A DNA stretch of 64,000 nt from Candidatus Binatia bacterium. GTDB taxonomy: Bacteria > Desulfobacterota > Binatia > Bin18. The translations under genes were made by a program, and so were the position numbers. Positions 1-10,473 of this stretch are shown here, one piece after another. The notes under the pieces were generated by a model, which worked only from the letters and a program-made list of their open reading frames with translations, was not told where the DNA came from and made no database searches. The DNA lies in NCBI GenBank assembly GCA_963666315.2, contig CAXXHG010000032.1, positions 64,001 to 128,000 of the forward strand. The letters run 5' to 3'. The stretch's first letter is position 1; each line of letters starts with the position of its first letter.

Positions 1-656
1 CACGTCACTGCTGCTGTGTCACCCTGGGCGACGCCCTGGCCCATGCCGTACATGACCCCCAGGGTGAGCTGCGCAAGGGTGATACCTTGCTCCGCCGCTT
101 GTGTGAGTTGGGCGGGTGTCATGCGGGCGACAAGAGTAGCGCGAGTTCCGGCGTATTTCAGCTGGGTGGCTTTGGCCGCATTAAACGCATCGCGGTTGCC
201 CTTATAGACGACATTCTTGGCGGCTTCGGTTGCCGCCAGATTGACCCAGACCAGCGCCTGAACGTAATCCTGTGGGACACCGTTGCCCGAAGAGTACATG
301 AGCCCCAGATCGTACTGCCCGGATGTGTGCCCCTGCTCCGCCGCTTTGCGATACCACGCCGCCGCTTGTGTGTAGTCCTTCGCCAGGCCGATACCATGCG
401 CGTGCATGACCCCCAGGTTCCACTGCGCATAGGCGTGCCCCTGCTCCGCTGCTTTGCGATACCACGTCAGCGCTGCCTGGTAGTCCTGTACGACGCCGTA
501 GCCGTTGTCGTACAGGAACCCTAGGTCGTATTGCGCATCGGCGGCACCTGCCTCGGCCTGTGCTCGCAGGTCGGCAGTCCTGTCAGCCCGCACATGTGTC
601 TCAACACCGATAAATAATACAAGACTAACAAGCATCCACCGCAGTATTGCCCGCAT
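1..656 (-). CDS. Secreted Sel1-like repeat (SLR/TPR) protein, 3' end runs off the window
   Basis: Not in the ORF track. Manual translation from ATG 656: MRAILRWMLVSLVLFIGVETHVRA...AQYDLGFLYDNGYGVVQDYQAALTWYRKAAEQGHAYAQWNLGVM...WYRKAAEQGH, i.e. a signal peptide plus canonical Sel1 repeats. Confidence 0.92.
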   Translation of the reverse strand, partial: MRAILRWMLVSLVLFIGVETHVRADRTADLRAQAEAGAADAQYDLGFLYDNGYGVVQDYQAALTWYRKAAEQGHAYAQWNLGVMHAHGIGLAKDYTQAAAWYRKAAEQGHTSGQYDLGLMYSSGNGVPQDYVQALVWVNLAATEAAKNVVYKGNRDAFNAAKATQLKYAGTRATLVARMTPAQLTQAAEQGITLAQLTLGVMYGMGQGVAQGDTAAVT

Positions 657-746
657 GTTTTCTTTCCTAGCGTATTCCAGCGCAAATGAAAAGTGGTCGC
701 CTTCTCCGCCGGTATGCCGGAAGTTCTTCTGCTGGTGAGATGACTA

Positions 747-1235
747 TTATACCGGCCGCTGAAGGGCGGGAGGGGAGAGCCCAGGGGGCGGGCTCTCCCC
801 TAACTGCTGGGGGCGGGTTCGCGATAGTGCAGAATTCTTGGGAAGGAAGAAGAAAAGTATCCGAGATGTTCTCTCTCCTGGGCACAGTCTTCTGTGAGAA
901 CGCGATCTGCGCCCTTCACGCAGGGCCTGCAGATCGTCGAACTGTTCCGGGGTGAGGACAAGCTCGTGTTCCTCGTTTATTGCTGCCCTTTTTGCCTGTA
1001 TACAGTCCATACGCGCGTCGATATCCTCAAGGTCCCGGCACGTGGTGTCTTCCAGGGCAGTTTCATAGATTGCCAGCACTAGGTCAGCCTGTTCGTCGGA
1101 GAGACCGAGTTGCTCCTGCATATGCGCGACCTTATCTTCGAGGCTGCCTCCGAACGGTCCGGCTTCGACCGGGGAAGACATCAGGACAAGACAGCAGAGC
1201 GATAATCCCACGTCAATTACTTTCAGAAGTTTCAT
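747..1235 (-). CDS. Periplasmic Spy/CpxP-like (LTxxQ) protein; C-terminus probably aberrant
   Basis: Signal peptide (..SSPVEA), LGLSDEQ and VLTPEQ motifs. Confidence 0.65.
   Translation of the reverse strand: MKLLKVIDVGLSLCCLVLMSSPVEAGPFGGSLEDKVAHMQEQLGLSDEQADLVLAIYETALEDTTCRDLEDIDARMDCIQAKRAAINEEHELVLTPEQFDDLQALREGRRSRSHRRLCPGERTSRILFFFLPKNSALSRTRPQQLGESPPPGLSPPALQRPV
772..800. terminator. GC-rich hairpin
   Basis: GGGGAGAGCCC-N7-GGGCTCTCCCC perfect inverted repeat; no clear T-tract. Confidence 0.4.
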
Positions 1236-1271
1236 ACCCTATTTCCTTTCTTCACCTCATCGCGTCTCTTG

Positions 1272-1366
1272 TTTACACGCAACAAGGCATTTGGGGTTTA
1301 TACCGTATATTCTCTCTTCACTTCTCTTCGCCTTGTTTAGACACGTAACAAGGCATTTTGAGTTAC
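1272..1366 (-). promoter_or_regulatory. Two tandem putative ECF-sigma promoters
   Basis: GTAACTC-N14-CGTGTCTAA (1366-1337) and TAAACCC-N14-CGTGTAAA (1300-1272), with near-identical spacers (AAATGCCTTGTT). Confidence 0.7.
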
Positions 1367-1716
1367 CAGGGACATCTTAATTCTTGCTTGATCTTCATCT
1401 GGATAGTTGCCGTGGTCTCGATTTGCTCCATGACCGTGGCTTCATCCGGAGTGTCTTGGTCTAAAAGGGCGTTCATCCGTTGGTGTGCCTGTTGGAGTTG
1501 TGGCAGCAGTGTACTGAGTTCGGCTTTGGACGTAGCCATGATTGTACGGATCTCGCCCTGGGTTTCTTCGTCCAGCCCGAGGGTTGCAAACAGATTTTCA
1601 GGCGGTAGGCCGGCCGGAGGACCTAGTGGCTGCGTAAATCCGGGCGTGGAGAGGCTTATGAGTCCTCCCCCAACGAGCAGCATGAGTCGAATGTAATACC
1701 AGGTGAGTCGTTTCAT
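1363..1716 (-). pseudogene. Periplasmic heavy-metal-sensor/Spy-CpxP family protein, C-terminally truncated
   Basis: Signal peptide, LGLDEET and PDEA motifs; ends at KQELRCPW, lacking the MLRVRALLTPEQR tail present in the paralog at 30442-30993. Confidence 0.7.
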
Positions 1717-1736
1717 AACTCCGTGGCCCAGATTCT

Positions 1737-2075
1737 TTACAATTCAAGTGCCCATGCTAAGGCGACATAGTCGTGAGGCAAGAAGTCTTCTTCCTCCTCT
1801 TCACCCCAGTCTGTATAGAATTCGGAATTGGGGTAGGGATAGGCAAACAGGGCTGCCTCCTGCTCCAGGCTGCTGAACTGGTTGCCCGGAACACTCAAGC
1901 CCACTACTTGCACCTCCCTGACCGGGGCAGGCTTGTCCTCATAGGGCAGCGCAAACTAGAGCAGCATTGTCGCTGCAACTGTGGCAAGGACAGCGCCAGG
2001 GCGTAGGATTGGACGGGTCCGGTGGGAAATTCGTGCTTCCAGCGTACGATCAAACGCCGCCCGCCGGGCAGCAGT
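1737..2075 (-). pseudogene. Anti-sigma-factor-like membrane protein remnant (5' part deleted, internal TAG)
   Basis: Manual translation ...AARRAAFDRTLEARISHRTRPILRPGAVLATVAATMLL*FALP...EEEEEDFLPHDYVALAWALEL*; one TM segment, located directly downstream of the sigma gene. Confidence 0.55.
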
Positions 2076-2521
2076 CAGTGGATAAAAGCTTCTCGCTGAC
2101 GTTGCGACAGTTGATTCAGCGCGCGGGTAATCCGCTGTCTCAAGCCAGGGTCTCCAAGATTCTCGTCAACAGGAATATCAAGAGAATTCCCAAGAGAATT
2201 CTCTTGCCGACCTCCGTTCCATACCTTTCGGAAAAGCCGCCAGCGCCGATAATTCTGCGCCTGGCGGATGAGTATTCGATAGAACCATGTTCCCAGACTC
2301 GCGTCCGCCCGAAAGGTCTCAAGGCTTTTGTACGCTTTCATAAGAGCCTCTTGAGCGACATCCTCGGCAGCTGCCTCATCGTCTCCAATGCACTGCCAGG
2401 CGAGGCGAATGGCACGCTCACGGTGGGACGCAACAAACGCACTGAAAGACTTTTCACGTTCAGCGGCGGAAGCATCCATCGTAATAGTTTCAATCTCCAC
2501 CGCTGGGTCATGTACAGGCAC
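2075..2521 (-). pseudogene. ECF RNA polymerase sigma factor, region 4 deleted
   Basis: AAAEDVAQEALMKAY...ASLGTWFYRI (region 2); stops at QRQREAFIH*. The start is probably downstream of the promoter at 2530 rather than at 2593. Confidence 0.85.
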
Positions 2522-2529
2522 TTTTTTAT

Positions 2530-2559
2530 TTAGACACGCGACACCGGGGTTTGAGTTAC
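2530..2559 (-). promoter_or_regulatory. Putative autoregulatory ECF promoter
   Basis: GTAACTC-N14-CGTGTCTAA directly upstream of the sigma gene. Confidence 0.7.
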
Positions 2560-2618
2560 CTGGCCCACGCATTTCTGCAAGCGATGCAAGCAATGCAAGT
2601 AGTTTTAGATGAAAAGAA

Positions 2619-3771
2619 ATGCCGTACCCTCAGGAATGCGTACAGAGCATATTCCCCAGGAATACCGAGGGTGGAGAGAGGGAGCTGGCCTGCGAAGCCG
2701 TTGTCAACGCGGTGGCGGATGCCCCCGCCTCGATATTGAACAAATTGACGGCCTGGCGTCATTCTCGAACGATACCAGTGTACCCTGGCTCATGCAGCAA
2801 GCCTTGGGGCTGCCGCGGCGCGGCTTTACCTCCATGGTCTGGGGTGGCGGTAGTTCAGGTACGTGTGGGGCTATCGCGTATGCCGTCGCAGCGGTGGAAT
2901 CCGGCCAGGCCGAGTATGTGGGGGTCTTTCGCCCGTTGTGCCAGGATGAAGGCCATCGCTACGGCCAATTGGGGGGCTATAACGAACTGCCCCATCTCAG
3001 CTTCATGGTCCCGTTCGGCATGTTCTCGCAGCCGATTATGATTGCTCCGCTGGTACAGCGCTATATTCACGAATTCGGAGCGCAGCCCGAACACTTCGGC
3101 GAGGTCGCCCTTGTCTGCCGGGACAATGCCCACCGCACCCGCGCGCGGTGATGGCCGGCCGGCCGCTGAGCATGCAGGACTATCTGACCTCACGGATCAT
3201 TGCCGAGCCGCTACGGTCGTACGACTGCTGCCAAGAAAATGACGGGGCGTGTGCGCTGATCGTAACGACGCTGGAGCGCGCGCGCGACTCACGCCAGAAA
3301 CCGGTGCGGGTTCTGGCTGCGGCTCAAGGTGGCTCAGCTGGCTGGGGCGATGGCGCATTAGGCTCACACAATATGCCGATTGAAGAGTACGGATCGGGCA
3401 ATGGCGCAACCTTGGCGACCGAGCTGTATAAACGGGCTGGTGTGACACCTGACGATGTCGATGTTGTCCAGATCTATGACCACTTCACCGGCTGTGTACT
3501 TATGACGCTAGAGAATTTCGGCTTTTGTGATCGGGGAGAGGCTGGGCCGTTTGTTGCTGACGGTAATATTCGCTGGCCGGATGGTCGTCTGCCACTCAAC
3601 ACTTCGGGTGGCCATCTCTCCGAAGCCTATATCCACGGTCTTAACCTGGCTGTAGAAAGCGTACGGCAACTACGCGGCGAGTCAACCTCGCAGGTTGCCG
3701 ATGCCGAAGTCTGCTTAGTCACAGCCGGGCTCAGCGCCTCGCCGGTAAGTGCGGCCCTCTTGGGAGTGTGA
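2619..3771 (+). pseudogene. Thiolase-like (SCP2/lipid-transfer-type) protein, frameshifted
   Basis: ELACEAVVNAVADA / DIEQIDG..., DCCQENDGA, QIYDHF and NTSGGHLSEAY are split over three frames (shifts near 2722 and 3140). Confidence 0.85.
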
Positions 3772-4196
3772 GAATGGCCTATATCCCGCCTGACATTTCC
3801 GGCCCAATTGCCACCGTGGCGGATCGCGCATTCTGGGACTACTGCCAGCAGCGCGAATTACGCTTTCAGCGCTGTTCTGCCTGTGGCCGCTTTCGGCATC
3901 CGCCTGCGCCCGCATGCCCTGGGTGTCGCTCATTCGAATCAGACTGGATACACGCTCCAGACACTGGGGTCGTGTTTAGTTTTACGATCGTCCATCATCC
4001 CGCCCACCCGTCCATGCAAACGGTCCTACCGTATAACGTTGCGATTATAGACTTCCCTGAGTGCGACCATGTGCGTCTTGTCAGTAATGTCATCGATGTG
4101 GCCCCAGAGGACGTGCACATTGGACTGCAGGTCGCCCTCGCATGGGAAACGGCCGGGAATGATATGCTCGTGCCTCGGTTTCGGAAGAAAAGCTAA
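3768..4196 (+). CDS. Zn-ribbon + OB-fold protein (DUF35 family)
   Basis: CSAC..CPGC motifs; coupled to the thiolase, a canonical pairing. Confidence 0.9.
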   Translation: MRMAYIPPDISGPIATVADRAFWDYCQQRELRFQRCSACGRFRHPPAPACPGCRSFESDWIHAPDTGVVFSFTIVHHPAHPSMQTVLPYNVAIIDFPECDHVRLVSNVIDVAPEDVHIGLQVALAWETAGNDMLVPRFRKKS

Positions 4197-4223
4197 GCTG
4201 AGAGTAAGAGCTGAATATCCAAC

Positions 4224-6375
4224 ATGCCCCACGGCCAGACCACAATAATCGCGACCGAATTGAAACTGACAACTTAACAGGTCCAGACGGTCCTGGCTTT
4301 CCTGGATGACGGCGCAACAGTTCCGTTCTTGGCCCGCTATCGTAAGGAAGCCACTGGGGATCTGGATGAAGTGGCCATCAGTGCGATTCGGGATCGTTCG
4401 ACTCAGATCCGTGAACTTGAGAAACGCCGCGAGGTCGTTCTTCGCTCTATTCAGGAGCAAGGAAAGCTTACGGGGGACCTAAAAGAGAAAATCGCCGCAG
4501 CCTCTTCGCTGGCCGTCTTGGAAGACCTCTACCTGCCGTACCGCCCCAAGCGCCGCACCCGAGCGACCATTGCCAAGGAAAAAGGACTGGAACCTTTAGC
4601 CCGGCGTTTGTTTCAGCAAGAGTCTCAAGAGCCTATGGACGCGGCGCTCGAGGCGCGCGCGTTCATCGGCCCTGAGAAAGAACTCACATCGGTCGAGGAC
4701 GTACTCAGTGGTGCGCGCGACATCATCGCCGAGTGGGTCAGTGAGGATGCCCAGGCCCGAGAGAAAATCCGCCATCTGTTTACAACTCAGGGTATCCTAC
4801 GGTCCAAGGTCACGCGCCGCAAAGAGGCTGAAGGGGCGAAATACAAAGACTATTTTGATTGGGCCGAGCCCATTTCGACCATACCGTCACACCGCATGCT
4901 GGCTATGCGGCGTGGCGAAAGAGAGGAAATCTTAAGCCTGCGTCGGGCTCCACCTGAAGATACTGCGTATGCGCTTCTAGAGCAGTTATTTCTCACCCAC
5001 AGGAATGCTCAGGCAGAACACGTTCGTTTAGCTATTCATGACGGTTATAAGCGTCTGCTCGCTCCATCGATAGAAACGGAAATTCTTCTGACTGCAAAGC
5101 AGAAAGCCGGCGAGACCGCCATACGCATATTTACTGAAAATCTCCGCCAGCTTTTACTCGCTCCGCCATTAGGCCAAAAAAATGTTCTGGCTGTAGACCC
5201 CGGCTTTCGCACTGGCTGTAAGATCGCCTGTTTGGATAGACAAGGCAAGTTCTTGCATACCCAGACGATTTGCCCCCATCAGTCTGAGGAGCGCAGACGC
5301 AGCGCAGCCGAAAGTCTGCTGGCGTTGTGTGAGCGTTTTCAGATTGAGGCAATCGCCATAGGCCACGGCACAGCCGGACGCGAGACCGAGGCCTTTAGCC
5401 GGAAACTCTCGCTGCCCCCAACAACGTCGGTGGTGATGTTGAATGAAAGCGGCGCGTCGATTTACTCGGCCTCAGAAATCGCACGACAGGAATTTCCTGA
5501 CCAAGATATCACCGTCCGTGGCGCAATCTCTATAGGGCGGCGTCTCATGGACCCGCTGGCCGAGCTGGTCAAAATCGATCCAAAGTCTATAGGGGGTTGG
5601 CCAATATCAACATGACGTAGATCAGGCCGCGCTCAAAGAACGTCTGGACGATGTCGCCGCAAGCCGTGTGAATCAGGTCGGTGTGGAGGTGAATACCGCC
5701 GGCGCCCAACTCCTACAGTACGTATCGGGACTCGGCCCCCAGCTTGCTCAGAATATTGTGGCCTACCGGAATGAACACGGCCCCTTTCCCAGTCGCACCG
5801 CGCTTAAGAAAGTCCCTCGTCTTGGCCCGAAGGCGTTTGAGCAGGCGGCCGGATTCTTACGCATTCGAAACGGGCAAAACGCGAAGAACCCGCTTGATGC
5901 GAGCGCCGTTCACCCCGAGAGTTATCCCATCGTGCAACACATGGCGCGTGACCTCGCCTGTTCAGTCCATGACCTCCTCGGCGATGAAACGCTACGGCAA
6001 CAGATTCAGCTTACAAACTATGTGACCGATCACGTCGGCCTGCCCACTTTACACGACATCCTAGCCGAGCTGGCAAAGCCGGGGCGAGACCCGCGTGAAC
6101 AGTTCGAGGTCGTCCAATTTGCCGAGGGGATAGCGGCTATCGCGGATGTCCAGCCAGGTATGAAGTTGCCTGGTGTGGTGACGAATGGGACCGCCTTTGG
6201 CGCGTTTGTAGACATTGGGGTGCACCAGGATGGGCTGGTCCACATCAGCCAGCTTGCCGACCGCTTTGTCAAAGACCCGAACGAAATCGTCAAAGTTCAG
6301 CAAAAGGTGATGATGACCGTTCTCGATGTGGACTTACCGAGCCAGCGGATTTCGCTGTCCATGAAGGGGAATTGA
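4224..6375 (+). pseudogene. tex: Tex/YhgF family transcriptional accessory protein (S1 domain), disrupted
   Basis: GATVPFLARYRKE, DPGFRTGCK, HhH and S1 (FGAFVDIGVHQDGLVH) motifs; in-frame TAA at 4275 and an extra G in a G5 run at about 5592. Confidence 0.92.
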
Positions 6376-6432
6376 AGCGTACAGAGTCCAGTTAAGCCGT
6401 ACTGTCCTGTTGGTGTACGCCCTCGTGTATTC

Positions 6433-6723
6433 TCACTTCACGCGCAAGCCGCCAAGCGGCTTAGAGAGCTTATCGGTTGCCATATCCAGTGCATAATCGA
6501 GCTGGAGCCCGAGCCGGAACTGTGCCGACATTCCGAAATAGCGCGCGAGTCGAAGAGCGGTATCAGCGGTCACCCCGCGTTTCCCCAGGACGATTTCGTT
6601 AATACGTCGCTCCGGAACGCCAATGTCTAAGGCTAAGCGATTCTGACTCAGTCCCATTGGCTTCAGGAACTCTTCCTGTATCACTTCCCCAGGAGGAACA
6701 GGGTGCAGTTTCGTCTGACTCAT
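6433..6723 (-). CDS. higA: HigA/VapI family antitoxin (orphan)
   Basis: LHPVPPGEVIQEEFLKPMGLSQNRLA...VTADTALRLARYFG; no higB upstream. Confidence 0.88.
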   Translation of the reverse strand: MSQTKLHPVPPGEVIQEEFLKPMGLSQNRLALDIGVPERRINEIVLGKRGVTADTALRLARYFGMSAQFRLGLQLDYALDMATDKLSKPLGGLRVK

Positions 6724-6800
6724 TTTCATGTACGCCTTAGCATACATAACAAAACTACCTGGAGCACGTTGGAAACACCCCAGCCCCTCTCCCCTGGATT

Positions 6801-7819
6801 CTCTAGATTCACAAACCAAGTGCAACACGAGCTGGATAAGGTGTTGTCATGGACAAGAGATACAGACAACTTTCAGTTGAGGAGCGGTGGAAGATTGCCG
6901 GTCTTCAAGGCGCGGGGAGCTCGCTCCGGCAAGTTGCAGCAGCTGTGGATCGCGCGCCATCGACCATTGCTCGCGAGATAAAGCGGAACCAGGGCACCCA
7001 GGGGGCCTACACCCCGGCCTATGCCGATCAGCAGGCTTGCGCCCGGAGGTGGAACGGCTCGAAGCTGGAACGCAAGAAGGAGCTGCGCGTCAAGGCCCTG
7101 GGCGCCGGAGCAGGTGGCCGGCCGGCTGGCGGTTGAGCCCGGCAGCCAGGTGATCAGCCACGAGAGCATCTACCGGTTTCTCTATGCACAACTGGCGCGC
7201 ACCAAGGATGACCGCTGGCGGCTCTATCTGCCCCGCGCCAAATCCAAACGCGGCGGGCGCGGCAAGAAGCGCGGCTCTCCGGTCCGCTTCTTCGAAAGCC
7301 CGCCGGCCCCTCTCGGACCGCCCGGCCTGCGCCACCGACCGCCAGGTCCCCGGCCACTGGGAAGCCGCTCTGATGGTATTCGCCCACTACGGACCGGCCA
7401 TCCTGACCATGCATGAACGCCACTCCCCGGTCCTCCTCGCGGCCCGACCGCCCAGCAAGGCGGCTCAGCCCATGGCCCGGCTGATGGTCCAGCTCCTCAA
7501 ACCCTTGCCCCAAGCTTGCGCCAAACCCTGACCTTCGATAATGGCACCGAGTTCGTCCAGCACTACCAATTGCATCCCCTGGCCATTCAGACCTTCTTTT
7601 GCGACCCCCATAAGCCGTGGCAGAAGGGCGGCATTGAAAATGCCCTCGGTCGCATGCGGCGAACCATCCCGCGCAACACCGCCCTCGCCAGCCTGCGCAC
7701 AAACCGCTTTAATGCCCTCATCCGTGCCTACAACAACACACCCCGAAAATGTCTTGCCTGCCACACTCCTGCAGAGGTTCTTTTACAGCAACTGTTGCAC
7801 TTCAAATGTGAATCCACGG
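6801..7819 (+). mobile_element. IS30-family element, transposase frameshifted/internally deleted (copy 1)
   Basis: HTH (YRQLSVEER..STIAREIKRN), WAPEQVAG, ISHESIY, GHWE, TFDNGTEF and PWQKGGIEN over several frames; imperfect IRs TAGATTCACAAACCAAGTGCAACA / TGTTGCACTTCAAATGTGAATCCA. Confidence 0.93.
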
Positions 7820-7881
7820 TCCCGTTTCCACGGGCATGACAGTCTTTCTTGTGTCATACTTGCGCAAGCAGGTACCCAGGC
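7820..7881. repeat. REP-like palindrome doublet interrupted by the IS30
   Basis: CTGGATT|IS|TCCCGTTTCCACGGGCATGAC followed by GTCATACTTGCGCAAGCAGGTACCCAG. Confidence 0.65.
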
Positions 7882-7912
7882 CTAGGTTACAGGATGGAGT
7901 TTCGTCAGTGGC

Positions 7913-7993
7913 TCCTAACGACCGTATCGAGACCGACACTTTACTGCTGCGCTCGGCTACGCAGCAAGCCGCCGCTCATCCGAGACGCTCGGT
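7913..7993 (+). other. Degenerate attC (integron cassette recombination) site
   Basis: R'' CCTAAC, L'' ATCGAG / L' CTCAT with one extrahelical base, inner hairpin TGCTGCG/CGCAGCA, decayed R' (CGCTCGG). Confidence 0.55.
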
Positions 7994-8011
7994 TGCAAGG
8001 AGCTATTGCCA

Positions 8012-8383
8012 ATGAGCTATATTATTTTACTATTTGGTATTTCGATTCTGCTTTTAGGAGTGGTGATCCTTGTTAACCCCGATTCTATCATTGGCCTGAT
8101 TACCAGTCATTCTGAATCACTCGGCCTGCATGTTTTATCCGTCGTGGTCAGACTGGTGTTGGGTATAGCGCTCATAACATACGCTGCCGAATCTCACTAT
8201 CCAGTTGGCTTACAAATCCTTGGTTGGCTTACGGTCACTGTCGCGATTATATTGGGCGTAATGGGCCGCTCTCGATTTAAGGGTTTGACGACATTGTCGC
8301 TCAGCTTTGCCTCAACCTTTGGGCGTTTTGCCGGATTCTTGGCCATTTTGCTCGGAGGCTTTCTTATTTATGCGGTGGTTTAA
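8012..8383 (+). CDS. Small 4-TM membrane protein, hypothetical
   Basis: Four hydrophobic segments; AAGGAG upstream of ATG 8012. Confidence 0.75.
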   Translation: MSYIILLFGISILLLGVVILVNPDSIIGLITSHSESLGLHVLSVVVRLVLGIALITYAAESHYPVGLQILGWLTVTVAIILGVMGRSRFKGLTTLSLSFASTFGRFAGFLAILLGGFLIYAVV

Positions 8384-8398
8384 GACGAAAGCGCTACC

Positions 8399-8487
8399 AC
8401 ATAACAGAGCAATTCCCTTACGCCAGCAAGCTGACTGGCCTTTCACAAGCTTCGCTTGCTTCGGCGGGTGATAGGCTGCATTGAGCC
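8399..8487 (+). other. Degenerate attC-like site
   Basis: ACATAAC shortly after the stop codon, ending GCGGGTGATAGGCTGCATTGAGCC (resembles an L'-R' end). Confidence 0.4.
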
Positions 8488-8500
8488 GCAGGAGGAACCC

Positions 8501-9091
8501 CTGAGCAATCAGCTTCAGAGTTTACTAGCTGAGCTGGAGCAATTCGGCAAAGCGAATGACAGTGAGATGACTGAGCGACCGCGCCGCATGTTTAACATCA
8601 CCCGCGGCACCGGAGAGTTTTTGGCTGTACTGGTTCGTGCGACAGTTGCACGCCGGGTACTCGAGATCGGCACATCGAACGGCTACTCTACTCTGTGGCT
8701 TGGGGATGCTGCCCGCGTAATCGACGGCGCGGTCACGACCGTTGAGTCCGCCGAGTATAAGGTAGGGTTGGCGACGAAAAACTTCATTCGTTCCGGACTG
8801 GCCTCGTGGATCACGCTTGTACACACTGACGCGGGTCTGGTGCTTGGCAGTTCGGCGGACGAGGCCTTTGATCTGGTGTTCCTCGACTCCAAGCGTTCCG
8901 AGTACGTTGGCTGGTGGTCCCATCTCAAGCGTGTGCTCCGACCTGGCGGTCTGCTTGTGGCGGATAACGCCACCTTCCATGTTGAGGAGATGGCAGCGTT
9001 TGTCGCCCTGGTCGAGGCGGACACGGGTTTCACGACGAGCCTTGTACCGGTGGGCAAGGGTGAGTTTCTAGCAGTGAAGACGCCCAGATGA
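8501..9091 (+). CDS. SAM-dependent O-methyltransferase (YrrM/COMT-like)
   Basis: VLEIGTSNGYS, FDLVFLDS and LRPGGLLVADN motifs; the GGAGG SD points at a CTG codon (8501). Confidence 0.88.
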   Translation: MSNQLQSLLAELEQFGKANDSEMTERPRRMFNITRGTGEFLAVLVRATVARRVLEIGTSNGYSTLWLGDAARVIDGAVTTVESAEYKVGLATKNFIRSGLASWITLVHTDAGLVLGSSADEAFDLVFLDSKRSEYVGWWSHLKRVLRPGGLLVADNATFHVEEMAAFVALVEADTGFTTSLVPVGKGEFLAVKTPR

Positions 9092-9206
9092 ACGTGCTGC
9101 CAACACAGTGGAATTGATACCGAGGCTGAAAAATTGATGAAAGATTCCAAAGTAACCAAGCAGAGGGTTGTTTTGACACAGATGCACTTTGAATCAGGAC
9201 ATAGCC

Positions 9207-9674
9207 ATGACGAATAACGATGTGTTGCGCCGTATCCGCTATGTCTTCGACTTTAACGATACGAAAATGATTTCAGTATTTGGTTTAGCTGATCATCAGG
9301 TGACACGGGCGCAGATCAGCGATTGGCTAAAGAAAGATAATGATCCTGCGCATCATAAATGCAGTGACACGCTGTTGGCGACTTTCCTCAATGGTCTGAT
9401 TACTGATAAACGAGGCAGAAAAGAAGGGCTGCAGCCCGAGCCAGAGCAGCGACTCAATAACAATATCGTTTTTATGAAATTAAAAATCGCATTGAATTTG
9501 AAAGCCGAAGATGTATTGCAGATTATGGACTTGGCTCATTTTTCCATCAGTAAGGGCGAATTAGGTTCGTTCTTCCGGAGGCCGGGCCATAAACACTACC
9601 GGGAGTGTAAAGATCAGATCTTACGTAATTTCCTAAAAGGTATACAGCTGAAGTATCGTGCGAGCGCTGAATAA
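9207..9674 (+). CDS. DUF1456 (YehS) family protein
   Basis: MTNNDVLRRIRY..FLNGLI..NNNIVFMKLKIAL..HKHYRECKDQILRNFL. Confidence 0.88.
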   Translation: MTNNDVLRRIRYVFDFNDTKMISVFGLADHQVTRAQISDWLKKDNDPAHHKCSDTLLATFLNGLITDKRGRKEGLQPEPEQRLNNNIVFMKLKIALNLKAEDVLQIMDLAHFSISKGELGSFFRRPGHKHYRECKDQILRNFLKGIQLKYRASAE

Positions 9675-9734
9675 AAGGAAGGTTCGAATGGCAGTCGCAT
9701 TCTTGAGATGCGGCGGTATTTTTAAGTAAACAAT

Positions 9735-10442
9735 ATGCTGAAAAATCAGACAAACTTTAAAAGCCCTCCCAAAAGATATCAGCCCAAGGGGCTTTCTATT
9801 CTGTATGAAGATCGTGACATTCTGGTTGTGGATAAAATAAATGGTCTTTTGACAGTGAGTAATGAGAAAGTCAAAGAAAACACAGCTTATTATCTCTTAA
9901 ATGACTACGTGCGAAAAGGAAATCAGAAATCGAGAAAACGGATATTTATCGTACACCGTCTAGATAAAGATACTTCCGGTATTATCATTTTTGCTAAAAA
10001 TGAAAATGCCCAGCGTTATCTTCAGGAAGGGTGGCAGGACTTTAAAAAAACGTATTATGCTGTAGTCCATGGGACTTTAGGGGAGAAAGAGGGCGTAATC
10101 ACGTCATATCTTGTAGAAAACAGTGTTCATAAAATGTATTCGGTTGATGACCCTAAAAAAGGGAAACTTGCGAAGACCGGCTATAAAGTTCTGCGAGAAT
10201 CAAAAAGATACAGTCTGCTTGAGATAGATTTATTGACCGGCAGGAAAAATCAGATCCGAGTCCATTTATCGGACAAAGGTTGCCCTGTGGCCGGTGACAA
10301 AAAGTATGGAGTCAAGGCGAAGGGTATTAAAAGACTGACGCTTCATGCGGCCTGCTTAACACTATTACACCCCTATTCAAAAGAGGAGATGACATTTGAG
10401 ACCAAGATGCCTGCTTATTTTAAATCACTGGTGAATAGTTAA
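9735..10442 (+). CDS. RluA-family RNA pseudouridine synthase
   Basis: VHRLDKDTSG and TGRKNQIRVH motifs; AT-rich. Confidence 0.93.
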   Translation: MLKNQTNFKSPPKRYQPKGLSILYEDRDILVVDKINGLLTVSNEKVKENTAYYLLNDYVRKGNQKSRKRIFIVHRLDKDTSGIIIFAKNENAQRYLQEGWQDFKKTYYAVVHGTLGEKEGVITSYLVENSVHKMYSVDDPKKGKLAKTGYKVLRESKRYSLLEIDLLTGRKNQIRVHLSDKGCPVAGDKKYGVKAKGIKRLTLHAACLTLLHPYSKEEMTFETKMPAYFKSLVNS

Positions 10443-10473
10443 ACGACGATGACTTATTGAAGTTTTACCCGCC

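Noticed and set aside
16-738. Plus-strand ORFs here, and most short overlapping ORFs in the track
   Set aside because: They are antisense or alternate-frame shadows of better-supported genes.
6849-7839. Programmed frameshifting in the IS30 transposase
   Set aside because: There are several breaks plus apparent internal deletions and a GHWE-A substitution at the catalytic Asp region; IS30 transposases are normally single ORFs.
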